Shown in pieces: positions 13,324 through 24,957 of a stretch of DNA of 64,000 bases. The stretch lies in assembly GCF_022539665.2 (NCBI RefSeq), contig NC_081333.1:3720001-3784000 (forward strand), given 5' to 3'. This DNA is from Daphnia carinata (Eukaryota). A program made the position numbers and the translations under genes. Each line of letters begins with the position of its first letter. The first letter of the stretch is position 1. The notes beneath the pieces were generated by a model. That model worked only from the letters and a program-made list of their open reading frames with translations, was not told where the DNA came from and searched no databases.

Positions 13324-14045
13324 CTAACTACGGCGCGATGCTGCTGTTGGCCGTTGTCTCTCTGATGGCTGGACAGGCCGTGGGTGGACCAATGGGTTCA
13401 CCTTCTTCTGTGTACTACACCACTCCGGCGTCTTACTACACCACGACCTATGCTGCGCCCAGTTACTACACCACCAAGGCTCCCAAGTACTATACCACAA
13501 CATATGCTGCTCCTAACTACTACACCACTAAGGCTCCCGAGTACTACACCACGACGTATGCAGCACCCACTTATTACACTACAAAGGCGCCCGAGTACTA
13601 CACCAAAAAGGTGCCCGAGTACTACGCGACCACATATGCAGCTCCGAGTTACACTACGGAGGCTCCGAGATACTACTCTGCACCGAGCTATAGCACAGAG
13701 GCGCCAGTGTATTACACAACAACCTACGCCACTCCAAGCTACTACACCGAAGCTCCCGCCTACGATACCACAAAGGCCCCTGAGTATTACACCACAAGGT
13801 ACGCTTCTCCGTCTTATTACACTGAGGCCAAGAAATATTACTCTGCTCCGAGCTACACAACAACTGCGTCGTACTACACCACGACAGAGGCGCCCAAGTA
13901 CTACGTGGCTCCAACATACTACACTGCAGCTGCCCCGTCTTACTACGCTGAGTCGACATACTACTCTGAAGCCTCGAAGTCTTATGCTGCCCCAAGTTAC
14001 TCCACAACGGCTGTTTTAATATTTGCTGTCCTCGTTCCAAAATGA
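13324..14045 (+). CDS. Secreted Tyr/Thr/Ala/Pro-rich repeat protein (YYTTTYAAPSYYTTKAPE), gene A copy 1; C-terminus supplied by the palindrome arm
   Basis: Signal peptide MLLLAVVSLMAGQAVG (ATG 13338; splice acceptor at 13323), then PMGSPSS and YYTT repeats. Repeats stop at 14011, where the inverted-repeat arm begins. Confidence 0.8.
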
Positions 14046-17000
14046 GTTATTACCCTGCCATGTATTTATCTTTAACTAGTCGTTCCATACGCACGTTGTT
14101 TATTCTAAATGAAATGTTGAATACAGTCATACTGTCGTTACCGAATCCACTTGTCTTTATTCTTTATCACGTAAAGCGGATGAAGCGATTGAAATGTGGG
14201 TTCGTACAACGTTATAATTTCTAAACACAATTATGCATTAGGACGTATTAGTAAGAACTATGTCATGCGTATTTATAAATTTACCGCGAGTTTATATATT
14301 CAATTACGTAGGACGAAGTCGCATTGGCTTATTGCGTTAGGGCATTGGCGTTGTTCAGTTGTCGTGGTTAAAATCCATTTTTCTTTCCCGTTTTATGACT
14401 GAATATTAGCGAAACTTTGTTTCATCGATTAAAAATATATATGCTTAATATTCGGCAGAGATATCAGTATCGGTTTGCCAGTTTTGATTTTAGTTTTAGG
14501 GAAAATAGCCAAAAAGGTTGGGCTAAGCACTTGACTGACATGCTAGTACCCTCCAGACTTTCACCATGTTGGCCCGGATCATATTGCTGTACAATATGAT
14601 CCCTATCGTGACGTCAGCTGATAGCTCTTACATCTCTATTCCGTTTTGGCATTGGAATGGGGGACCAATCCCATACCAACGCTTGGCGTTTCGAGTTGTA
14701 ATTGCTTACAGACTCCTGGTACTAGTTCCCACCACTAGGAGGGTTTGTCAGACCGAGTAATTGTTCAAGTGCCGCTACGTGAAGATGCTCACGCAACTAT
14801 TATATACCGTGAATCACGGCACCAAAACAGGTTGCTGACACAAGCGGGCATTTTCCGGCATAAAACATCTCCCATTTAAATTCGGCGAAACTATTCTACA
14901 ATGTAAGAAATGAACTGTATCCAGAAAATAGCGATAAATATCATCCAAGGTAATTATAAAACAAAAAACTTGATTAAATGTTTTAAATTTTCAATTATTA
15001 TATCTCACTGACGAATTAGGGTGTGGCATCACGCACCGTTAATGGTATGCAAGAATACTCCATATCACCTGGCGGCCGATATTGGCACTAATGCGTCCAT
15101 GCATTGACTGGGTGTTAATGCAGTTGTGTCGTGAAAAAAAAGTAAAAGCCAAGGTAAGGCCGTAATTACTTATTTTTGGCATTCGTATACACGCATACGT
15201 AGTCCTGTATCCAGCTCACTGCGTCTGGTGAACCATAATAATTCAATGATCCCGCTTCCTAAATTTCCCCATTGGAAAACAATGACCTATGCCACATTCC
15301 CAGGGCTTTTCAAGTCGGGTAGACAAATGTTTGTCTAACATCAGTGATTCCTTTTATGGCAACGATCCCACGGCAATCTTGTAGCTCCCACGACGATCCT
15401 CGCTGGGCCTTTTCGCTCCTTTGGCCGGCCAATCTAGATACATAAAATACAAAAAAACACAGTTAGTACACTTTAACTTATCAATGATACCTGCTGTTGG
15501 TGTCGCCGATCCTCGGTGTCCCGCGGTCAACGGTGACGTCCAGAGATTGCCCTCCTCATTCATCGAGAACGAAATAAAAACAAAAGAGAACAAAGAATTG
15601 CTTTTGATTACTCAAATAACAACACCTGTCTGCTTAACACTAGCACATATCAAGTACGCGAATGACATACAGTTTCCGAGGGATAGGTCCTGAAATAAAA
15701 TTTATCGTTAATGATGAACAGGTTAGGAAAGTCGTGTTGTTGTTAACGTTAGTAGTGTTTTTGCATATTGTGCAGAGAGGTCTGATAGCCAGTTGGTGTG
15801 CAAATTGCAAAAGGTGCAAAGGTGGGAAAATACGGAGTGCATTGCATGGACGCAGTGTAGTGCAAAAGTAAACCGTGTAACGATGATTGTGCCTTAATCA
15901 TCGTTTTTCTAATCTATTTATTCTAATCTATCTTATGCTAACTAGACTATACACCCGTGCGAAGGCAAAACCCAGTGCTTATATGAGGCTTTCGTGGTGT
16001 GAGCGTGATTGAGAAGGCGTGAAACACTACACAAAACACCCGGAGAGATATATCTACACTAGTGTGCACCGTGCAAGTGAATGAACTACTGATCGGAAAA
16101 GCGGAATTTTTTTTTTTTTTTAATTGAATGGCTTGATGACATTGATATATTCGAGGTCACTGCTTATAGAGAGATCAGTTAGGGTGGAATTGGCATTTCT
16201 TCCGCTTATGCTGAAATTTTTCAAAAGCTATCGACCTTCAGGTTTATGTTACCCTTCCTTTAAATCTTAGGTCCAAGAAGTGTTGTTTTCCTTGTAAAGC
16301 AAAAGTGAGGCACGTTGACGTAGTTTTCCTTTTAATGCATTTAAATCTATAACTTTCTAGTGTAATGAACTCCTTCAGTTGATGCTTGTGAGAAAGTAAG
16401 AAGGCTATAGCCTTCTCACTTTTCCAATTTTCTTCAAATCCTAGATTTCATTAAAAATACATTACTCCGATTCGAAATTGATCGCTGATCTCGAAAATGG
16501 GGTATATTTTTATATCAGGCTTCTATTTTTTGAATTAACCATAAAAAACAGAAAGTCGGGCTTATTTAGTCGGGCTTATTTAGCCGGGCCTAAAATATTT
16601 TTCGGTCAGTGTATGTAGAGAATTAACTAGAAACGTGACTGTTAGATGGCGATAGCAGTAAAACAGAAAAAAAGGCCCATGTTTTTTTTGTTTTTTTTGG
16701 GGTAAAATGTATGGCAATCCGTTTTACATAAAAAAAAAAAAATGGCGGAAAAAAAAAAAATCGCACTTTTTTCTCTTTTTTCTACCCGTAGCCATCTATC
16801 AGTCGGTTTCGTTATTACAGGCATGTAAGCAATTTCAGTTAATTGTATCCCATTAGCAGTTAATTGAGTAGCGTGGCTGGAGAACAACGCGTGGCTGGAG
16901 GAACAATTGAAAAATGGATAAGATAATAAAACAAAAAAATGGTAAGTATAAACATTATTATATTGGTTTTCAATTATTAATTATTGTTTATTAGATCAAA

Positions 17001-18758
17001 TTATGAAGCTGCAGGCCCAGTTATTGGAACAACACAAAATATTAGATAATAAAGCTAAGGATCGTAGGCCTAACACGTAATGATTCTATTTATTTGCTTT
17101 TATTCATTCGTGTTTTGTAGCTCAAATTTTGAGTCTTCAAGCTCAGCTAGGGGAAAAGAACAAATTGGAACGGAACAGTTTCCAAACAGTGAAGGAGGTT
17201 TTCAAAACTCATCTCTAACTGAACGTGAGGATGAGTTGGCATTAGGCGAACACAGCCAGGTACCTAAACTTTTCAAATAAGAATTCAAAATAAGTATAGA
17301 ATTTTAAAAAACAATTATTTATTGCTTAGTTATTCAGTCCACCACCTGACAGTGTGTTAAATTTAAATTCTGTTAGTGCTGCACTAAAAGAATCGTTAGT
17401 AATAAGCTCATGCAGTGAAGGAACTGAACAATTGTGGGAACGTATTTGGGCCGAAAATGGGTGTGGTACAGAAACCCAGAAATGGCACAAGTTCAACATG
17501 AAACATGGATTAGGTACTTTTCGGTTTTTTGTCTATCGAAAAAGTATTTTTAATGCTATTATTTTGCATTCACAGATTTTAACGGGGGATCAAATCAAGT
17601 CTGGAAGTGTTACAGGATGGAAGAGTGAGCCTACAGATGAAAAAACACTGAGAGTGCATTACCGTAAGGTGTGAGGTAAATTAATAGAGTAATGCAAATT
17701 GCCTAATGAGAAGTACCATCTTGTGTTAATGAATCCAGTACAACAGCAATCCTTTATAGTTCTGTCACAGCTAGAAGCCTCAAATAATTCTGCTTCTCTG
17801 TCTAAAGAACAACTTGTCCTTTACGTTCAGAGTGTTGGGGAAACTGGGTACTTAAATGGCCCTAAAGATGTTTTAATTTTGCTGCTATTGCAGAGATGAA
17901 CATCATACATGGACTCTTTAGGTATGAAAGGATTTTTCTTCAAATAATTTTGAATTTATGACGAAGAATTTCTCCTCCTTTTTGCCAACCAGGTCTTATC
18001 TACCAAAAAAAATTTTATCCAATAGGAAAGGATTTTCATGTACTGGGAACACAACTATCAACAATGCAACATTCTACAGGTGCTAGTTTATCATTCAAGA
18101 GCCTTATACAATGAAGTTAATCTGCAATTTGTATGTCCTTTCCCAAGCTTCCACCAGAAGTTGAATCTATGAGTCATGTAAGTTCCATGATCAACAATTG
18201 ATGTGTTTAACGGTGTTGTTTTTCTTTTCTCAATATAGGTTAATAGTAACATTGGATCTGAAAAGATTCTTGGTTGGGGCAAGACACTGAATAAATTGTA
18301 TTGATTGGATGGATGACATGACATTGCTATACTTAATTCGGATTCCCCAGACGGTATTTGATATTTAAAAAATTGAAGTGCATATCTGGGCTCCCTTCTT
18401 TTCTGAAGCCCCGTTTCCCCTTGACTCATAATAAGCCCGTAGGGGGTCATGCCCCTACTGTACGGTATATATAAAAACAACATATACCGAGGTTTGGAGG
18501 GCTCTGGCCGGAAAGGGGACGTGGGGTGCCGCTTAGTCCGATGATGTGTTCACGGAGGGTGACGTGGCTGCCCACAAATCCGAACTAAAGGTTAATCGCT
18601 CCTGTAAAAATGTTCCAAATCTTCAGCTCTTCTTCCGGCTTCTCTTAGCCAATCACCGGGTAATCTCCCCGGTGGGTCAACAAGGCAGTGTCTCCCCCTG
18701 CCTGGGTTGACGGCAACTTTTGAAAGGGCTATTGTGCCTTTTTAAAGTTGCAAAAATA
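14012..18758 (+). repeat. Palindrome arm L1 (~4.75 kb)
   Basis: Reverse complement of 19647-24394; mirror ORF coordinates sum to ~38405-38407. Confidence 0.98.
16914..17628 (+). pseudogene. Orphan spliced gene or pseudogene X (coiled-coil-like N-terminus), copy 1; further exon-like pieces to ~18080
   Basis: GT-AG introns join MDKIIKQKN-DQIMKLQAQLLEQHK...-PQILSLQAQLGEKNK...-LFSPPPDSVLNLNS...HGL-DFNGGSNQVWKCYRMEE*. This copy has T4 instead of T5 near 17199, a frameshift or sequencing error. Confidence 0.55.
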
Positions 18759-18961
18759 ATTGATGTGCAGAGAATTGTCAATAAATGTTTTTTATAAAAT
18801 GTTTTTGCAAAATTTTTTTCTTTCATTGTCTGTGTTCACATATTACATTTATCAACTTTTTTTTTATTTAGCTTGCGCAATTTACCTAATTGTTTATGCC
18901 ACCTTTGATGGTAAGCATTGTTTCCATTGGTTTATCGTTTATCTGTAAGCATTCAATTATT

Positions 18962-19020
18962 ATCCAGGGATCGAACCCTGGATGTTCGACATACCGCGCC
19001 GATGCTATACCAATGAGCCA
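18962..19020 (-). ncRNA. Degenerate tRNA-like Pol III promoter unit T1 (also at ~31419-31477)
   Basis: Minus strand TGGCTCATTGGTATAGCATCGGCG...ATCCAGGGTTCGATCCCTGGAT: A box, B box and T-arm hairpin; no acceptor stem. Confidence 0.55.
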
Positions 19021-19127
19021 TGAATCATATGATGTAAGGTTAGCTTTTTTATAGCTAGTTTCTAGCTTGCGGACTTGCATTTACACTTTGAATAAAATTG
19101 GAACGTAGATCTTTATACATCTATTAA

Positions 19128-19180
19128 GGTTTGAACCCAGGGTAACAGTTACCGCAGCTGAATGCTCTACCACAGAGCTA
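19128..19180 (-). ncRNA. Degenerate tRNA-like unit T2 (also at ~31585-31637)
   Basis: Minus strand TAGCTCTGTGGTAGAGCA...CTGGGTTCAAACC. Confidence 0.5.
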
Positions 19181-19295
19181 TGAACCTTATGAAAGCTATA
19201 AAAAGATAAATATATACTTGTGAAAGACTACATAAACATCCTAGACTATAACATATGATATGCCATAATAGATATAATATGATAGATATATCTCG

Positions 19296-19356
19296 TGGCT
19301 CAATGTTAGAGCATCGGCGTTGCACGCTGAATGTGTGGGGATCGATTCCCATACCA
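19296..19356 (+). ncRNA. Degenerate tRNA-Ala(TGC)-like unit T3 (also at ~31751-31811)
   Basis: TGGCTCAATGTTAGAGCA, anticodon arm TCGGC-GTTGCAC-GCTGA, T-arm GTGGGGATCGATTCCCAT; no proper acceptor stem. Confidence 0.55.
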
Positions 19357-19646
19357 GTAAAACTATATACAAGTATAAAATTACTTCAGAAAATATCCAG
19401 GTATTACACGTTGTTCCTTGTCTAAGTTCAAGAATTCAAGAAGTGTAATAAATACTAATTGAATACTAACAGATAAGCGATACAACGGTGGCAAAAACCA
19501 TAAAAATGAATTGAGCAAGCTAAATAAAAAAAAAAGTTGATAAATGTAATGTGTGAACACAGCTAACACAGACAATGAAAGAAACAAATTTTGCAAAAAA
19601 TATTTTATAAAAAAATTTTTATTGATAATTCTCTGGACATTACAAA

Positions 19647-22600
19647 TATTTTTGCAACTTTAAAAAGGCACAATAGCCCTTTCAAAAGTTGCCGTCAACC
19701 CAGGCAGGGGGAGACACTGCCTTGTTGACCCACCGGGGAGATTACCCGGTGATTGGCTAAGAGAAGCCGGAAGAAGAGCTGAAGATTTGGAACATTTTTA
19801 CAGGAGCGATTAACCTTTAGTTCGGATTTGTGGGCAGCCACGTCACCCTCCGTGAACACATCATCGGACTAAGCGGCACCCCACGTCCCCTTTCCGGCCA
19901 GAGCCCTCCAAACCTCGGTATATGTTGTTTTTATATATACCGTACAGTAGGGGCATGACCCCCTACGGGCTTATTATGAGTCAAGGGGAAACGGGGCTTC
20001 AGAAAAGAAGGGAGCCCAGATATGCACTTCAATTTTTTAAATATCAAATACCGTCTGGGGAATCCGAATTAAGTATAGCAATGTCATGTCATCCATCCAA
20101 TCAATACAATTTATTCAGTGTCTTGCCCCAACCAAGAATCTTTTCAGATCCAATGTTACTATTAACCTATATTGAGAAAAGAAAAACAACACCGTTAAAC
20201 ACATCAATTGTTGATCATGGAACTTACATGACTCATAGATTCAACTTCTGGTGGAAGCTTGGGAAAGGACATACAAATTGCAGATTAACTTCATTGTATA
20301 AGGCTCTTGAATGATAAACTAGCACCTGTAGAATGTTGCATTGTTGATAGTTGTGTTCCCAGTACATGAAAATCCTTTCCTATTGGATAAAATTTTTTTT
20401 GGTAGATAAGACCTGGTTGGCAAAAAGGAGGAGAAATTCTTCGTCATAAATTCAAAATTATTTGAAGAAAAATCCTTTCATACCTAAAGAGTCCATGTAT
20501 GATGTTCATCTCTGCAATAGCAGCAAAATTAAAACATCTTTAGGGCCATTTAAGTACCCAGTTTCCCCAACACTCTGAACGTAAAGGACAAGTTGTTCTT
20601 TAGACAGAGAAGCAGAATTATTTGAGGCTTCTAGCTGTGACAGAACTATAAAGGATTGCTGTTGTACTGGATTCATTAACACAAGATGGTACTTCTCATT
20701 AGGCAATTTGCATTACTCTATTAATTTACCTCACACCTTACGGTAATGCACTCTCAGTGTTTTTTCATCTGTAGGCTCACTCTTCCATCCTGTAACACTT
20801 CCAGACTTGATTTGATCCCCCGTTAAAATCTGTGAATGCAAAATAATAGCATTAAAAATACTTTTTCGATAGACAAAAAACCGAAAAGTACCTAATCCAT
20901 GTTTCATGTTGAACTTGTGCCATTTCTGGGTTTCTGTACCACACCCATTTTCGGCCCAAATACGTTCCCACAATTGTTCAGTTCCTTCACTGCATGAGCT
21001 TATTACTAACGATTCTTTTAGTGCAGCACTAACAGAATTTAAATTTAACACACTGTCAGGTGGTGGACTGAATAACTAAGCAATAAATAATTGTTTTTTA
21101 AAATTCTATACTTATTTTGAATTCTTATTTGAAAAGTTTAGGTACCTGGCTGTGTTCGCCTAATGCCAACTCATCCTCACGTTCAGTTAGAGATGAGTTT
21201 TGAAAAACCTCCTTCACTGTTTGGAAACTGTTCCGTTCCAATTTGTTCTTTTCCCCTAGCTGAGCTTGAAGACTCAAAATTTGAGCTACAAAACACGAAT
21301 GAATAAAAGCAAATAAATAGAATCATTACGTGTTAGGCCTACGATCCTTAGCTTTATTATCTAATATTTTGTGTTGTTCCAATAACTGGGCCTGCAGCTT
21401 CATAATTTGATCTAATAAACAATAATTAATAATTGAAAACCAATATAATAATGTTTATACTTACCATTTTTTTGTTTTATTATCTTATCCATTTTTCAAT
21501 TGTTCCTCCAGCCACGCGTTGTTCTCCAGCCACGCTACTCAATTAACTGCTAATGGGATACAATTAACTGAAATTGCTTACATGCCTGTAATAACGAAAC
21601 CGACTGATAGATGGCTACGGGTAGAAAAAAGAGAAAAAAGTGCGATTTTTTTTTTTTCCGCCATTTTTTTTTTTTTTATTTAAAACGGATTGCCATACAT
21701 TTTACCCCAAAAAAAACAAAAAAAACATGGGCCTTTTTTTCTGTTTTACTGCTATCGCCATCTAACAGTCACGTTTCTAGTTAATTCTCTACATACACTG
21801 ACCGAAAAATATTTTAGGCCCGGCTAAATAAGCCCGACTAAATAAGCCCGACTTTCTGTTTTTTATGGTTAATTCAAAAAATAGAAGCCTGATATAAAAA
21901 TATACCCCATTTTCGAGATCAGCGATCAATTTCGAATCGGAGTAATGTATTTTTAATGAAATCTAGGATTTGAAGAAAATTGGAAAAGTGAGAAGGCTAT
22001 AGCCTTCTTACTTTCTCACAAGCATCAACTGAAGGAGTTCATTACACTAGAAAGTTATAGATTTAAATGCATTAAAAGGAAAACTACGTCAACGTGCCTC
22101 ACTTTTGCTTTACAAGGAAAACAACACTTCTTGGACCTAAGATTTAAAGGAAGGGTAACATAAACCTGAAGGTCGATAGCTTTTGAAAAATTTCAGCATA
22201 AGCGGAAGAAATGCCAATTCCACCCTAACTGATCTCTCTATAAGCAGTGACCTCGAATATATCAATGTCATCAAGCCATTCAATTAAAAAAAAAAAAAAA
22301 TTCCGCTTTTCCGATCAGTAGTTCATTCACTTGCACGGTGCACACTAGTGTAGATATATCTCTCCGGGTGTTTTGTGTAGTGTTTCACGCCTTCTCAATC
22401 ACGCTCACACCACGAAAGCCTCATATAAGCACTGGGTTTTGCCTTCGCACGGGTGTATAGTCTAGTTAGCATAAGATAGATTAGAATAAATAGATTAGAA
22501 AAACGATGATTAAGGCACAATCATCGTTACACGGTTTACTTTTGCACTACACTGCGTCCATGCAATGCACTCCGTATTTTCCCACCTTTGCACCTTTTGC

Positions 22601-24394
22601 AATTTGCACACCAACTGGCTATCAGACCTCTCTGCACAATATGCAAAAACACTACTAACGTTAACAACAACACGACTTTCCTAACCTGTTCATCATTAAC
22701 GATAAATTTTATTTCAGGACCTATCCCTCGGAAACTGTATGTCATTCGCGTACTTGATATGTGCTAGTGTTAAGCAGACAGGTGTTGTTATTTGAGTAAT
22801 CAAAAGCAATTCTTTGTTCTCTTTTGTTTTTATTTCGTTCTCGATGAATGAGGAGGGCAATCTCTGGACGTCACCGTTGACCGCGGGACACCGAGGATCG
22901 GCGACACCAACAGCAGGTATCATTGATAAGTTAAAGTGTACTAACTGTGTTTTTTTGTATTTTATGTATCTAGATTGGCCGGCCAAAGGAGCGAAAAGGC
23001 CCAGCGAGGATCGTCGTGGGAGCTACAAGATTGCCGTGGGATCGTTGCCATAAAAGGAATCACTGATGTTAGACAAACATTTGTCTACCCGACTTGAAAA
23101 GCCCTGGGAATGTGGCATAGGTCATTGTTTTCCAATGGGGAAATTTAGGAAGCGGGATCATTGAATTATTATGGTTCACCAGACGCAGTGAGCTGGATAC
23201 AGGACTACGTATGCGTGTATACGAATGCCAAAAATAAGTAATTACGGCCTTACCTTGGCTTTTACTTTTTTTCACGACACAACTGCATTAACACCCAGTC
23301 AATGCATGGACGCATTAGTGCCAATATCGGCCGCCAGGTGATATGGAGTATTCTTGCATACCATTAACGGTGCGTGATGCCACACCCTAATTCGTCAGTG
23401 AGATATAATAATTGAAAATTTAAAACATTTAATCAAGTTTTTTGTTTTATAATTACCTTGGATGATATTTATCGCTATTTTCTGGATACAGTTCATTTCT
23501 TACATTGTAGAATAGTTTCGCCGAATTTAAATGGGAGATGTTTTATGCCGGAAAATGCCCGCTTGTGTCAGCAACCTGTTTTGGTGCCGTGATTCACGGT
23601 ATATAATAGTTGCGTGAGCATCTTCACGTAGCGGCACTTGAACAATTACTCGGTCTGACAAACCCTCCTAGTGGTGGGAACTAGTACCAGGAGTCTGTAA
23701 GCAATTACAACTCGAAACGCCAAGCGTTGGTATGGGATTGGTCCCCCATTCCAATGCCAAAACGGAATAGAGATGTAAGAGCTATCAGCTGACGTCACGA
23801 TAGGGATCATATTGTACAGCAATATGATCCGGGCCAACATGGTGAAAGTCTGGAGGGTACTAGCATGTCAGTCAAGTGCTTAGCCCAACCTTTTTGGCTA
23901 TTTTCCCTAAAACTAAAATCAAAACTGGCAAACCGATACTGATATCTCTGCCGAATATTAAGCATATATATTTTTAATCGATGAAACAAAGTTTCGCTAA
24001 TATTCAGTCATAAAACGGGAAAGAAAAATGGATTTTAACCACGACAACTGAACAACGCCAATGCCCTAACGCAATAAGCCAATGCGACTTCGTCCTACGT
24101 AATTGAATATATAAACTCGCGGTAAATTTATAAATACGCATGACATAGTTCTTACTAATACGTCCTAATGCATAATTGTGTTTAGAAATTATAACGTTGT
24201 ACGAACCCACATTTCAATCGCTTCATCCGCTTTACGTGATAAAGAATAAAGACAAGTGGATTCGGTAACGACAGTATGACTGTATTCAACATTTCATTTA
24301 GAATAAACAACGTGCGTATGGAACGACTAGTTAAAGATAAATACATGGCAGGGTAATAACTCATTTTGGAACGAGGACAGCAAATATTAAAACA
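19647..24394 (-). repeat. Palindrome arm R1; contains gene X copy 2 (ATG at 21492, minus strand)
   Basis: Reverse complement of 14012-18758; the differences seen are mostly homopolymer lengths. Confidence 0.98.
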
Positions 24395-24409
24395 AATCTA
24401 ACCATCCCG

Positions 24410-24777
24410 TCATAGAGCTTGATGGACAGCGCAATTTTCACGATTAAGAATATTTCCAGTCGTGGTGTAGTACGGCGCAGCAGTTGTAGTCTGATATGAA
24501 TAACTGCCATAGTTAGAAGACGGTGAACCCATCGGCACAGCTATGCTCGATGCAGCCATAAGTGTAACAGTAAGCAGAAGCGTAAAAGCCATGAATACCT
24601 ATAGCAGTGGAAGAAAGACCTAATTGATTGCTGATATGCCACCAGAACGCTGAAACAATGCATAGAATTAAGTTTTAAAATTTCATTCCAACACCTCATT
24701 TAGGGAAATCAATCACTGAAACATTGCACTACATCAACATCAATTTCTATTTTAATTAAACGTTATACTTTACCCAT
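24410..24777 (-). pseudogene. YYTT-family paralog (gene B), 3'-truncated
   Basis: Spliced MGK-VFMAFTLLLTVTLMAASSIAVPMGSPSSNYGSYSYQTTTAAPYYTTT shares PMGSPSS/YYTTT with gene A. Homology is lost at ~24458, just before arm R1. Confidence 0.7.
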
Positions 24778-24833
24778 TGTTGCAAGGCGAACTGAAGCTG
24801 CTGATGGTGATGCTACGTCGAAGATGAACACTC

Positions 24834-24871
24834 CACTGATGATGTAGTTGGCTCTGTTGTACCATTTTATA
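24834..24871 (-). promoter_or_regulatory. TATA plus initiator of YYTT gene B
   Basis: Minus strand TATAAAA (24871-24865) about 30 nt upstream of TCAGTG (24839-24834). Confidence 0.65.
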
Positions 24872-24957
24872 CGATTTTATGTCACCCTGATCTTGCTCGC
24901 CATCCCCAGCGGGTGTACCTTTTCAACATGACGTAACGATCAATATTCTTAAAACGG

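Larger units (their letters stand above)
18759..19646. other. Palindrome spacer: diverged inverted repeat (~18759-18905 vs ~19485-19646) enclosing three tRNA-like units
   Basis: Imperfect mirror symmetry continues inward from the perfect arms; A/B-box motifs lie inside. Confidence 0.85.

Noticed and set aside
13420..14010. CRISPR-like or noncoding repeat array
   Set aside because: Repeats are in-frame codon repeats with third-position variation and no unique spacers; eukaryotic context
13384..14040. Overlapping 211-aa and 128-aa ORFs in the YYTT gene (likewise 6827-7418 over the Gly-rich gene)
   Set aside because: Shadow frames of repetitive coding sequence
14900..16100. Gene or LTR/DIRS fragment in the outer arm (splice-like sites near 15020-15560; repeat-like stretch 15780-16090)
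   Set aside because: Could not assemble a stop-free spliced frame, and no PBS, PPT or second LTR found; needs a BLAST/Dfam search
18091..18483. 130-aa ORF repeated four times
   Set aside because: Recurs only because the DNA is duplicated; antisense to gene X, crosses a hairpin/repeat region, no recognisable motif
18962..19356. Functional tRNA gene cluster
   Set aside because: A/B boxes and some arms are present, but no unit has a pairing acceptor stem; kept only as tRNA-like units
14012..24394. Autonomous DNA transposon (e.g. Ginger or Polinton) suggested by TGT...ACA ends
   Set aside because: No TSD and no integrase, transposase or polymerase ORF recognised; a 3-bp terminal match can be chance
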